A stretch of DNA of 64,000 nt from Polyangiales bacterium (GTDB taxonomy: Bacteria; Myxococcota_A; Polyangia; Polyangiales; Ga0077539), in the NCBI GenBank assembly GCA_044229975.1, contig JBGARZ010000012.1, forward strand, positions 192,001 through 256,000, written 5' to 3'. The position numbers and the translations under genes were made by a program. Numbering within the stretch: the first letter of the stretch is position 1; every line of letters begins with the position of its first letter. Positions 51,246-60,200 of the stretch are shown piece by piece. The notes below the pieces were generated by a model that saw only the letters and a program-made list of their open reading frames with translations, was not told the DNA's origin and made no database searches.

Positions 51246-51336
51246 GCCGAACGCCTGGCCGATGTGGCGCCGCAGTGGGTGCAGCAGGTTGCTAGCGGGT
51301 GAAGCGGGAGCGGTCGGCACCATCGGCTGGTTGGGC
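51246..51336 (-). repeat. attC site, 91 bp
   Basis: R'' GCCCAAC to R' GTTCGGC; L''/L' pairing. Confidence 0.9.
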
Positions 51337-51358
51337 CGAACTTCTTCCCCGTTACTTG

Positions 51359-52198
51359 TCAACGATAGCCCCAGTTCCACCAATTCGAAAAGGCACGCAT
51401 GCCTTGCCGAAACGAGCGCTCGTTGTTCGCGATGTGCCAGAAACCATGCTTTTTAGGCTTCCAGCACCACAGATCCAGATTCCATTCTCCCCCGTCCACC
51501 TGCCGAGACCAGCCTAGACCCACCAGCCATCCTTCAGACCACTTACGCTCGTAGCCCTGCCATTTCCAGCCGGTTTCAGCATGATTCGTCCAGATCAAGT
51601 CCTTCTGCTTTTCGCCCCAAATGGCACTCATCTCGCTCAGATAAGCGCGTGCCGTTACCTTGGCGTCCTCATTCTCCGGTCCCCGAAGCAGCGTCTGCAC
51701 ACGAGCGGAGTCGGCGGCAGGCGGAGGGAAGCGCGCGCTAGCGCCAGTTGCCTCTTTCTCAACAAGCGACGGTAGACGGCCGTGCCTGACTGCGTATGAC
51801 AGAAGTGCGTTGCCCTCAACAGCCGAGGGGAATGCATCTCCTCTTGCGTCATGCTCCCATATCGTCGGAACCGGACACAGAGCCACACGAAACTGCTGAT
51901 GAGTAGGACAGGGGTCCAGTTCAGTCCAACGAAGTCCTCCAGAATGTCCGGCCCTTGTTCCTCCGAATCCAGCGCTTCGCCCGAACTCCAGTAACCGCTG
52001 CCTGAGAGTTCGCCTATGAGTTTCCCCGATATAGACGACCTCCCGCTCCGTGGGGTCGACAATCTTCGGAGGATCAACTGCAATAGAATAGGCACCTGGC
52101 CTTTTCAATGCCTCCGATAGCAGGGGATCGGAAGTAGCTACAATGTCATTCCAGGAATGCCATCCCGTCCACACTGGATCACTCAGCTCTGAATTCAT
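51359..52198 (-). CDS. GIY-YIG-like nuclease domain protein, cassette
   Basis: PGAY...VVYIGET...LRQRL...E; lower-GC codons. Confidence 0.65.
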   Translation of the reverse strand: MNSELSDPVWTGWHSWNDIVATSDPLLSEALKRPGAYSIAVDPPKIVDPTEREVVYIGETHRRTLRQRLLEFGRSAGFGGTRAGHSGGLRWTELDPCPTHQQFRVALCPVPTIWEHDARGDAFPSAVEGNALLSYAVRHGRLPSLVEKEATGASARFPPPAADSARVQTLLRGPENEDAKVTARAYLSEMSAIWGEKQKDLIWTNHAETGWKWQGYERKWSEGWLVGLGWSRQVDGGEWNLDLWCWKPKKHGFWHIANNERSFRQGMRAFSNWWNWGYR

Positions 52199-52342
52199 CG
52201 ATCATTCTCCACGGGCGGTTGACGAATGTTGGGCTTCGGAGTCGCACAGATCGCCGCTTGTTCTCGGCCGAAGACTTCCGGTGACATTGGCGTCGCGAGT
52301 TGTCGCCCCAGCAACCCACGCAGACGGGGTTCTTTCACTGTA

Positions 52343-52433
52343 GCCCAACGGGTGGCCGATGTGCCGCCGCAGTGGGTGCGATGGGTTGCTGGTGGGTGAG
52401 GAGTAGGCGGTCGGCACCATCGGCTTGTTGGGC
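52343..52433 (-). repeat. attC site, 91 bp
   Basis: R'' GCCCAAC to R' GTTGGGC. Confidence 0.92.
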
Positions 52434-52437
52434 CCCT

Positions 52438-52911
52438 TCAGCGCTTGATGCGCAGAGACTCTACCCAGATGTTTGGTCGTCCCTCGAAGTGGTCGCGTAA
52501 CCTGTCTTCGACATGGCTCGCGTCCCAAACAGCGAGTCGCTCGTACGACTCACACTCTTCCGGCCGCACCAGTCTTCCAGTAACACCGTCTTCGGTCAGG
52601 AGAATCTTCGCCGGATTCACGGGGTCCTGGTTGAAATACAGTGCGGGAAGCTCCAAGGGAGCCTGAAGTGCAGCATCTCCGATCTTTTCCCAACGACCGG
52701 AGCCGTGTGCGTGCCGCATAACCGCCAACCGAAAGATGACGGTTCGTCCTGCCACCTGCGCAGCTTCGGACCGGCCCGCATCAAGACCATCGAAGAATGC
52801 ATACTCGGGTTGATTGAGCATCTGGCCGTAGGCGAACTGCCCGTTGCCGAGCGGAATGCGTACTACCGCTCCGCGCTTCCAGCGCTGCTGCTTCGGTCTC
52901 GTCGAGGTCAT
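52438..52911 (-). CDS. Imm26-like immunity protein, cassette
   Basis: GAVVRIPL..G.FAYG, IFRLAV, RWEKIG, ERLAVWDASHVEDRLRDHF.GRPN.W. Confidence 0.75.
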   Translation of the reverse strand: MTSTRPKQQRWKRGAVVRIPLGNGQFAYGQMLNQPEYAFFDGLDAGRSEAAQVAGRTVIFRLAVMRHAHGSGRWEKIGDAALQAPLELPALYFNQDPVNPAKILLTEDGVTGRLVRPEECESYERLAVWDASHVEDRLRDHFEGRPNIWVESLRIKR

Positions 52912-52919
52912 GTCACGCT

Positions 52920-52981
52920 GCCCAACCCCTGGCCGATGGGTCGCCGCAGCGTGTGAAGTAACTCAACCTCACTTGTTGAGC
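52920..52981 (-). repeat. Short atypical attC, 62 bp
   Basis: R'' GCTCAAC to R' GTTGGGC; L' half conserved, L'' replaced. Confidence 0.65.
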
Positions 52982-53129
52982 GTGGTTCGTCGAGCGTGGT
53001 TCGTCGAGCGCAGCCCACAGAACGCAGCTCGATGCTTGTTGTTCGTGGTCCGTTGCTCGTTGGCCCCAACTGGTGGTCCATGGCCCGCTGCTTGCTCTTC
53101 CGTAGCCTGTCGCTCGTCGCTCTGTGGCT

Positions 53130-53220
53130 GCCCAACGGCTGGCCGATGTGCCGCCGCAGTGGGTGCGACGGGTTGGCGGCGGGCGAAGCGGGAGCGGTCG
53201 GCACCATCGGCTTGTTGGGC
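53130..53220 (-). repeat. attC site, 91 bp
   Basis: R'' GCCCAAC to R' GTTGGGC. Confidence 0.92.
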
Positions 53221-53318
53221 ACGTCGCCCACTGTTTGGCGTTGGATCGCCGCGTGAAGTTCGTTGTTGATCGTGCGTCGCTCGTAGCACCATCTGCGTGA
53301 CACATCGCCCAATTTCAG

Positions 53319-53822
53319 TTAAAGTGGTCGTACGATGAAAACTCGCCGATAGCGGTCGTCCAACCCGCGTGTCGGCGGAAGTTCGCCAAGTTCTATCCAT
53401 CCGCTTTCCGCCGCGATTTTTCGAATAGTTGAATTGCCGATCGCAACGTATGCGAAAAGGTAATGAAGCGGGCTCTTCTTCGCTTCAGAGCTCGCATATT
53501 GAAGTAGACATCGACCGGCACCTCTGGCTCTTCCATGCCGAACTACATACGTACTGCTCTCGGCCCATAGCCCTGATTTGATAGGATTTGATGTCGCACG
53601 TCGGAGTGATTGCCAACCGAGCACTTGGCCGTCGTCAGCGACATACACCCAGAAGTTGAATATCCCATTGCGACTCTCGAAGTTCTTCGCGAACTGGCTC
53701 TCGATCTCCGGAATGTTTGGGTCTTCGATATCGGGGAATGTACTGATCCCATCCAACCAAATTGCAAGGATCGCCGCGTAGTCGTCGTCTCGGGCAAGGC
53801 GAATGATCGGTTCGGTGTTCAC
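53319..53822 (-). CDS. GNAT N-acetyltransferase (YncA/PAT-like), cassette
   Basis: IRLARDDD..AILAIW, ESSTYV, RARGAGRCLL. Confidence 0.85.
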   Translation of the reverse strand: MNTEPIIRLARDDDYAAILAIWLDGISTFPDIEDPNIPEIESQFAKNFESRNGIFNFWVYVADDGQVLGWQSLRRATSNPIKSGLWAESSTYVVRHGRARGAGRCLLQYASSEAKKSPLHYLFAYVAIGNSTIRKIAAESGWIELGELPPTRGLDDRYRRVFIVRPL

Positions 53823-54763
53823 GCTCGGTCGGCCTCACTAGTTGCGGCGGAGGGGATGGGCGCTATCGGATTGGCGGCATCATCGCTAGGAGGGGTCGAT
53901 CGCCGACCCGCTACGTTGAGCAGGATCGCACCAACTGCTGCCAGCCCGTATCCGAACCAATCCTCCAGCAGCGGCCGATCGCCGTGTATTGCGCCAATGG
54001 CGACGGCCCAAATAAACGAAGTTGGGGCGAGCCCGCTTGCAACGGAGGCCGGCAATCGTGCGAACGACTGGGTGAGGAGGAAGTGACCCCCAGCGGCACA
54101 CAACCCGACGGCAACAATGAGTGCAGCGCCGCTGGGGGAAGGCATTCGCCAGTGTCCGCTAGGCATCAGTGGTGCAATCAAGCAGAGCATCGCAAACAAC
54201 GGGACGAGGGAGAGGGGGCCAGGACGCACGACGACGGCGCGCCGAAGAGCCACATATCCCGATGCGGCGAACAACGCACCGACAACGCCGCGCACGAGGA
54301 CTCGATTCGAAGGATGAGATAACGGCGAACGTTGCAATACTGTGACACCGGCCACAACCAGTCCGACTCCCACAATCTGCGCCGAGGTGATGCGCTCCTT
54401 GAGAACGACAGCGGCAAGCAACGAAACGAACAGGGGGGTCAGATTGAATAGAGCGTACGAAGTACCAACGCTGGCCTCCTGGAGGTTGCCAAAGAAGCAG
54501 AGGATGGACAAGGCACCGCCAAGGCCAAATGCCCACATTGACCCCGCCTGCGGTTGAGTCAGACAACGCCAGTCGGATCGAACAACGGGCGCGATAACAA
54601 TCAGGCCGATAATGCCGCGAGCGAAAGCTACTTGGGCGGCCGGATGCCCCCCAGAGGCATGGACCAGCGCGCTAGAAGTCCCCATCAGGGCGCTGGAAGC
54701 TAGGCCGTACACGACGCCCGCCTGCGCTGTGCCCTCTCCCCCGCCGATGCGTTCTGTGCTCAT
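53819..54763 (-). CDS. EamA/DMT family transporter, cassette
   Basis: About 10 TM helices, QVAFARG, PLFVSLLAAVVLKERI; ATG 54763 after attC. Confidence 0.85.
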   Translation of the reverse strand: MSTERIGGGEGTAQAGVVYGLASSALMGTSSALVHASGGHPAAQVAFARGIIGLIVIAPVVRSDWRCLTQPQAGSMWAFGLGGALSILCFFGNLQEASVGTSYALFNLTPLFVSLLAAVVLKERITSAQIVGVGLVVAGVTVLQRSPLSHPSNRVLVRGVVGALFAASGYVALRRAVVVRPGPLSLVPLFAMLCLIAPLMPSGHWRMPSPSGAALIVAVGLCAAGGHFLLTQSFARLPASVASGLAPTSFIWAVAIGAIHGDRPLLEDWFGYGLAAVGAILLNVAGRRSTPPSDDAANPIAPIPSAATSEADRA

Positions 54764-54789
54764 CGTGAAGTTGGCCTTTGCTCGAAACT

Positions 54790-54880
54790 GCCCAACGGCT
54801 GGCCGATGTGCCGCCGCAGCGGGCGCGACGGGTTGCAAGCGGGTGAAGCGTGGGCGGTCGGCACCATCGGCTTGTTAGGT
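54790..54880 (-). repeat. attC site, 91 bp
   Basis: R'' ACCTAAC, L'' GATG(G)TGCCG(A)CCGC pairing with L' GCGGCGGCACATC, R' GTTGGGC. Confidence 0.92.
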
Positions 54881-55072
54881 ACGCCCAGCGTGGGCCACGA
54901 CGCAAACACTGCGGTTCCGGGCGTTGACGCCGGTACGATGCACTCGCCGCTCGATGCCCCTGTCGTTGTCCGGTCCGTCGCGACGTCACCCATCATCTCA
55001 TGTTCGCCGTTCGTCGGCTTTGCGCCAACCAGAGTTTCCAGGGTCGACTCGCGGTCAACCTCTTTGGGTTTT

Positions 55073-55498
55073 CTAGTCACATGCCCACATGGTAGGTGCA
55101 CACACGGCGCGCCCACCACGGTGACATATCTGTCTGCCGGGTGGGCACTGGATCTCCGCCTGTTGCGATGGTTCATTGCGAGGTTGTGTTGGCTGGTTTG
55201 ACTCACTGGTCGATCCCGGAGATGGCGTATCGTAATCCGGGTTGTGATCTACCGCGCCGCATCCTCCCACCATGTAGCGGTCGCAAGCGCGATGGAAGTC
55301 GCGGGACACACGACTCCTGCACTCTGTATCGGCGCATTCAAGATATCGCGCCCTGTACTCACTCTGGAGGGAACGAACCCTCGTAACTTCTTCTTCGATT
55401 TCTTGAGTTCGGCGTTCGTCGCGCTCTGTTTGGCTTTCCCAAGCCGTGCCGGAACAACCCAAAACGACAACGCAGATGAACATTGTTGATGCCTTCAT
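55073..55498 (-). CDS. Small Cys-containing putative lipoprotein, first cassette
   Basis: MKASTMFICVVVLGC lipobox with GAGGCG upstream; alternative start 55588. Confidence 0.55.
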   Translation of the reverse strand: MKASTMFICVVVLGCSGTAWESQTERDERRTQEIEEEVTRVRSLQSEYRARYLECADTECRSRVSRDFHRACDRYMVGGCGAVDHNPDYDTPSPGSTSESNQPTQPRNEPSQQAEIQCPPGRQICHRGGRAVCAPTMWACD

Positions 55499-55873
55499 AT
55501 CCCGCCTCGGTTCCGTTATGCTGTTTTTCCAGGACTTTCGTTCATGCCGGTCGTAGTCTTTACGCTCGCTGGAGCAGAGAGTGGTCATGGAGCAATGTTG
55601 GCCGCCTCAGTCAAGCCATAAGTGTAAGCCCAGTACTGTCTGCTTGATGGACACGCACAACGTTGGCAGGAGCGTGGCCGTGGCAATGGCGAACGCATGG
55701 CGTTTGTGTGTCGCCGTCGTCCCTGTCATCGCTACGTCTCCTTGCTCGCTGTCACGTTGGGTCGGTGCTCGCTGGTCGACGTTCATCAGCCACTGTTGGC
55801 TGATGGCGTCTGCCGGGATTTGTGGCCCAGTTCGTGCTTTTCGCGGCCCACCGTGCACGCCGCTTTCCCGGCT

Positions 55874-55892
55874 ACCTAACATCTCAGTAGGC
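55874..55892 (-). other. attI simple site
   Basis: Minus strand GCCTACT-GAGAT-GTTAGGT (L box, 5 nt, R box); core matches R'' of the first cassette's attC. Confidence 0.8.
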
Positions 55893-55925
55893 AGCGCTCC
55901 GCTGTCTATCCACACCATACGCGTT

Positions 55926-55976
55926 TTAGACGGCCGCCGTCTAATCACTCCGCACATTAGACAGCTGCTGTCTAAT
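55926..55976. promoter_or_regulatory. Two perfect palindromes TTAGAC-N7-GTCTAA
   Basis: ttagacggc-c-gccgtctaa (55926-55944) and attagacagc-t-gctgtctaat (55956-55976). Confidence 0.65.
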
Positions 55977-56119
55977 CCCCGAGCGCCCCCTCGCTCCCCT
56001 TCCCGTCCGCCCGTTCCCCGTCTTTCCCCTCCGACTCTTCCCGCCCGACGCAACCTCTCGCCGCTGCGCCCGATAACCCCGCGCGCCGCACGTCGCCGCG
56101 CCCCTTCGGGAGACCCGTC

Positions 56120-57070
56120 ATGACCCTGTTCGAAGCCGTCTCGGCGACCACCCGTCGCCTGCACTACTCGCCGCGCACCGAGGAGGCCTACCTCGGCTGG
56201 GTGCGCGAGTTCGTCCGCTTCCACAACCGGCGTCACCCGCGCGAAATGGGCGGCGCGGAGATCACCGCCTTCCTCAACGACCTCGCCGTGCGTCGCCATG
56301 TCTCGGCCTCCACCCAGAACCAGGCCCTCAGCGCCCTGGTCTTCCTCTACCGCAAGGTGCTTGAGCTCGAGATGCCCATGCTCGATGACCTCCAGCGCGC
56401 GAAGCGACCCACGCACCTCCCCAACGTCCTCTCGCGCCGCGACGTCCTCTCGCTGCTCGATCAGCTCGTCCCCCCGTTCCGTCTCCTCGGTGAACTCCTC
56501 TACGGCGCCGGACTCCGCCTTCAAGAGGCGCTCTCCCTGCGCATCAAGGACGTCGACCTCCAACGCCACCAGATCACCATCCGTCGCGGAAAAGGGGCGC
56601 ACGACCGCGCGGCTCTCCTCCCCACCCGCGCTCGCGAGGGACTCATCGCGCAGATCGAGGCCGTCCGCCGACTCCACCAGTCGGAGCTCACCGCGGGACG
56701 CGGCGAGGTCGACCTCCCCCACGCGCTTCGCGCGAAGATGCCCGGCGCCGCGGCGAGCCTCGCGTGGCAGTACCTCTTCCCAGCGTCGCGCCCCTGCACC
56801 GACCCCGCGACCGGACGCATCGTGCTCCATCACCTTCACGAGACCGCGCTCCAGAGGGCCATGCGCGACGCCGTCGCGGCCGCTGGCGTCGATCAGCGCG
56901 CGACCTGCCACACGCTCCGCCACAGCTTCGCCACGCACCTCCTCGAAGCCGGAACGGACATCCGCACCATCCAGACACTGCTCGGGCACAAGGACGTTCG
57001 GACGACGATGATCTACACGCACGTCGTCGACCGAGGCCCGCTGGGCGTAGTGAGCCCCCTCGACCGCTGA
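56120..57070 (+). CDS. intI: Integron integrase
   Basis: YSPRTEEAY, STQNQALSAL, LYGAGLR, integron-specific insert LPHAL..K.P....WQYLFP, HTLRHSFATHLL, LGH, TTMIYTH. Confidence 0.97.
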   Translation: MTLFEAVSATTRRLHYSPRTEEAYLGWVREFVRFHNRRHPREMGGAEITAFLNDLAVRRHVSASTQNQALSALVFLYRKVLELEMPMLDDLQRAKRPTHLPNVLSRRDVLSLLDQLVPPFRLLGELLYGAGLRLQEALSLRIKDVDLQRHQITIRRGKGAHDRAALLPTRAREGLIAQIEAVRRLHQSELTAGRGEVDLPHALRAKMPGAAASLAWQYLFPASRPCTDPATGRIVLHHLHETALQRAMRDAVAAAGVDQRATCHTLRHSFATHLLEAGTDIRTIQTLLGHKDVRTTMIYTHVVDRGPLGVVSPLDR

Positions 57071-57280
57071 TGCCCCCAACATGGAGTCGCCCTTCGCCCT
57101 CTCGCCCACCGCGGATCGGCCTCCCATCGCACACCCCTCGTAACACGAATCCCCTCGACCGAACCCCGCCTCACCCCTCCGCCGTCGTCACCCCCTCGGA
57201 GTTCACCGTTTCCACCCGGTGCGGATTGCTAGACACTCCTGAGGTTCGAGGCGCGCAGGGCGCCCCGCGGGAGAACCTCC

Positions 57281-60200
57281 ATGACACCTTCGTGGCACAG
57301 GGCCATCGCGCTGCTCGCACTACTCGGCGTCGCATCCTCTGTCGGCTGTACCGACGCCCTCTCCGTCGTCGGCGGACCCACCAGCGACGCCTCGACCACC
57401 ATCGACGTCGCCAGCGACATCACCAGCACCTTCGACGCCCCCGACACCTTCGACGCGCCCGACGTCCCGCGCGAGACCCGCTGCGGCCCCGCCGAGCAGA
57501 ACTGCAACAACGTCTGCGTCGACCTCGCCAGCAACGCCACCAACTGCGGCGCCTGCGGCCTCGCCTGCGGCACCCGCCAGGTCTGCCTCGCCGGTAGCTG
57601 CCAGGATAGCTGTCCGCCCGGTCAGCTCACCTGCGCGGGGCACTGCGTCGAGCCCACCACCGACCGCGAGAGCTGCGGCTCCTGCGGCAACCGCTGCGTC
57701 GGCGACACCGTCTGCGCGGGCGGTCGCTGCGTCGACTCGTGCGCCGTCCCCGCCCCCGACGCGGGCGACGCCGCAGCACCCGCGACGCTCACCGAGTGCC
57801 GTCCCGTCGAGGGCGTCCGGCTCTGCGCCAACCTCGACAACGACCGCACCAACTGCGGCGCCTGCAACGTTCGCTGCCCCCTCGGGCAGACCTGCTACGC
57901 CGGGCGGTGCTCGGTGCTGTGCCCGGCAGGACAGACCTTCTGCACCGACCGCTGCGTCGACGTTCGAAGCGACAGCCGCAACTGCGGAACCTGCGGCAAC
58001 GCCTGCCCCGCCGGCAACGTGTGCTCCGAAGGCCGCTGCCAGGTCTCGTGCCCGGCCTCGCTCACCAACTGCGACGGCGCCTGCCGCGACGCGCAGAACG
58101 ACTCCTCCAACTGCGGCAGTTGCGGTACCACCTGCTCGGCGGGTCAGCTCTGCGTCGCCGGAACGTGCCGCCTCTCCTGCCCCAGCGGGCAGACCGCGTG
58201 CGGCGGCGCGTGCGTCAACACCACCACCGACCGCTCCCACTGCGGCGCCTGCGACAACGCCTGCCCCGCCGGCAACGTGTGCTCCATGGGCGCCTGCGCG
58301 CTCGTGTGCGCGGCACCGCTCGCGCTGTGTTCGGGCGCGTGCGCCGACCCGCGCATCGACCCTACCAACTGCGGCTCATGCGGCAACGCCTGCGCCACCG
58401 GGCAGGTCTGTCGTGATGGTGCGTGCGTCGTGTCGTGCCCCGTCGGACAGACCAACTGCTCGGGCGTCTGCCGCGACACCGACGGCGACCCCGCCCACTG
58501 CGGCGCGTGCGGCAACGCGTGCCCCGCCGGGCAGGTGTGCTCCATGGGCGGGTGCCGCTTCTTGTGCCCCGTCGGGCAGACGGTGTGCGCCGGGACCTGC
58601 GTCTCCACCGCCACCGACCGCGACCACTGCGGCATGTGCGGTCGCGTCTGCCCGACCAGTAACGTGTGCTCGGCAGGGACGTGTTCGCTCACCTGCGCCG
58701 CGCCGCTCACGCGCTGCGGGTCGGGCGACACCGCCGGGTGCGTCGACCCGCGCGTCGACTCCGGCAACTGCGGCGCGTGCGGCAACGTCTGCCCCGCCGG
58801 TCAGGTCTGCCAGAGCGGGACGTGCACCGTGACCTGCCCGCCGGGACAGTCCATCTGCTCGGGCGCGTGCCGCGACCTCTCCAGCGACATCGCCAACTGC
58901 GGCGCCTGCGGTAGCGCCTGCGCCGCGGGGCAGATCTGCGTGGGGCGATCGTGCGTGCTCTCGTGCCCGACGGGGCAGACCGACTGCTCGGGGCGCTGCG
59001 TGTCGTTGCAGACCGATCGTGATCACTGCGGCGCGTGCACCACCGTGTGCCCCACGGGCAACGTCTGCTCGGGCGGCGCCTGCTCGCTCGTGTGCGCGGC
59101 GCCCCTCACGCTCTGCGCCGCGGGCTGCGCCGACACGCGCATCGACCCGGTCAACTGCGGCTCGTGCGGAACCCTCTGCGCCGCAGGTCAGGCCTGCCGC
59201 GAGGGGAGCTGCACCATCACCTGCCCGCCCGGTCAGACCAACTGCTCGGGCGTCTGCCGCGACCTCAACACCGACCTCGCCCACTGCGGCGGCTGCGGCA
59301 TCGCGTGCCCCGCGGGTCAGCTCTGCGCCGTCGGGACGTGCCGCGTGTCGTGCCCGCCCGGTCAGACCAACTGCTCGGGCACCTGCCGCGACACGGCGAG
59401 CGACCCCGCCAACTGCGGCGCCTGCGGGACGGCCTGCCCCGCGGGTCAGGTGTGCGGGTCAGGGACGTGCCGGCTGTCGTGTCCCGCGGGTCAGGCCGCG
59501 TGCGGCAGCGCCTGCGTGTCGACGACCACGGACCGCGACAACTGCGGCGGCTGCGGAACACGCTGCCCCACCGGCAACGTCTGCGTGGCTAGCGCGTGCG
59601 TGCTGGACTGCGCCTCGCCGCTCACCCGCTGCGGCTCCGGGCTGACGGCGGCCTGCGTCGACACGCGCCTCGACCCGGCCAACTGCGGGACGTGCGGGAC
59701 GGTCTGCGCCGCGGGGCGCACCTGCCAGTCGAGCGCGTGCGTGGTGACGTGCCCGCCGGGGCAGACCAACTGCTCGGGAACCTGCCGCGACACCGCGGTG
59801 GACGGCAGCAACTGCGGCGCCTGCGGGACGGTGTGCGGCGCGGGCCGGGTCTGCGCGGCGGGCTCGTGCACGTCGAGCTGCATGAGCGGACAGACCACCT
59901 GCGGCGGGTCGTGCGTCAACGCGCAGACCGACGACGCCAACTGCGGAACCTGCGGCACCGTGTGCTCTGGCGCGACGAGCTGCGTGGCGGGAGCGTGCGT
60001 CCCCTACGTGAGCTGCAACGCGCTGCACGTGGGGCGACCGGCGCTGCCTTCGGGCGAGTACGACATCGCGCCGGTGTCGAGCGGATCGTCGGTGCGGGTC
60101 TACTGCGAGATGACCCTCAACGACGGCGGCTGGACGCTCATCGGCTCGGTGGTCAACGGCGGGACGCGCGCGTGGTCGACGCTGGAGACCTTCCGTGATG

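Noticed and set aside
50534..54880. Dispersed ~91-bp repeats as a CRISPR array
   Set aside because: Repeats are too long, intervals are gene-sized and irregular, no cas genes; they fit attC structure
52202..55206. Short ORFs sharing the peptide PNKPMVPTA...PLRRHIGQPLG
   Set aside because: These are translations through attC sites, not a protein family
55902..55917. LexA box upstream of intI (CTGT-N8-ACCA)
   Set aside because: Right half mismatches the CTGT-N8-ACAG consensus, and that consensus is not expected in this lineage
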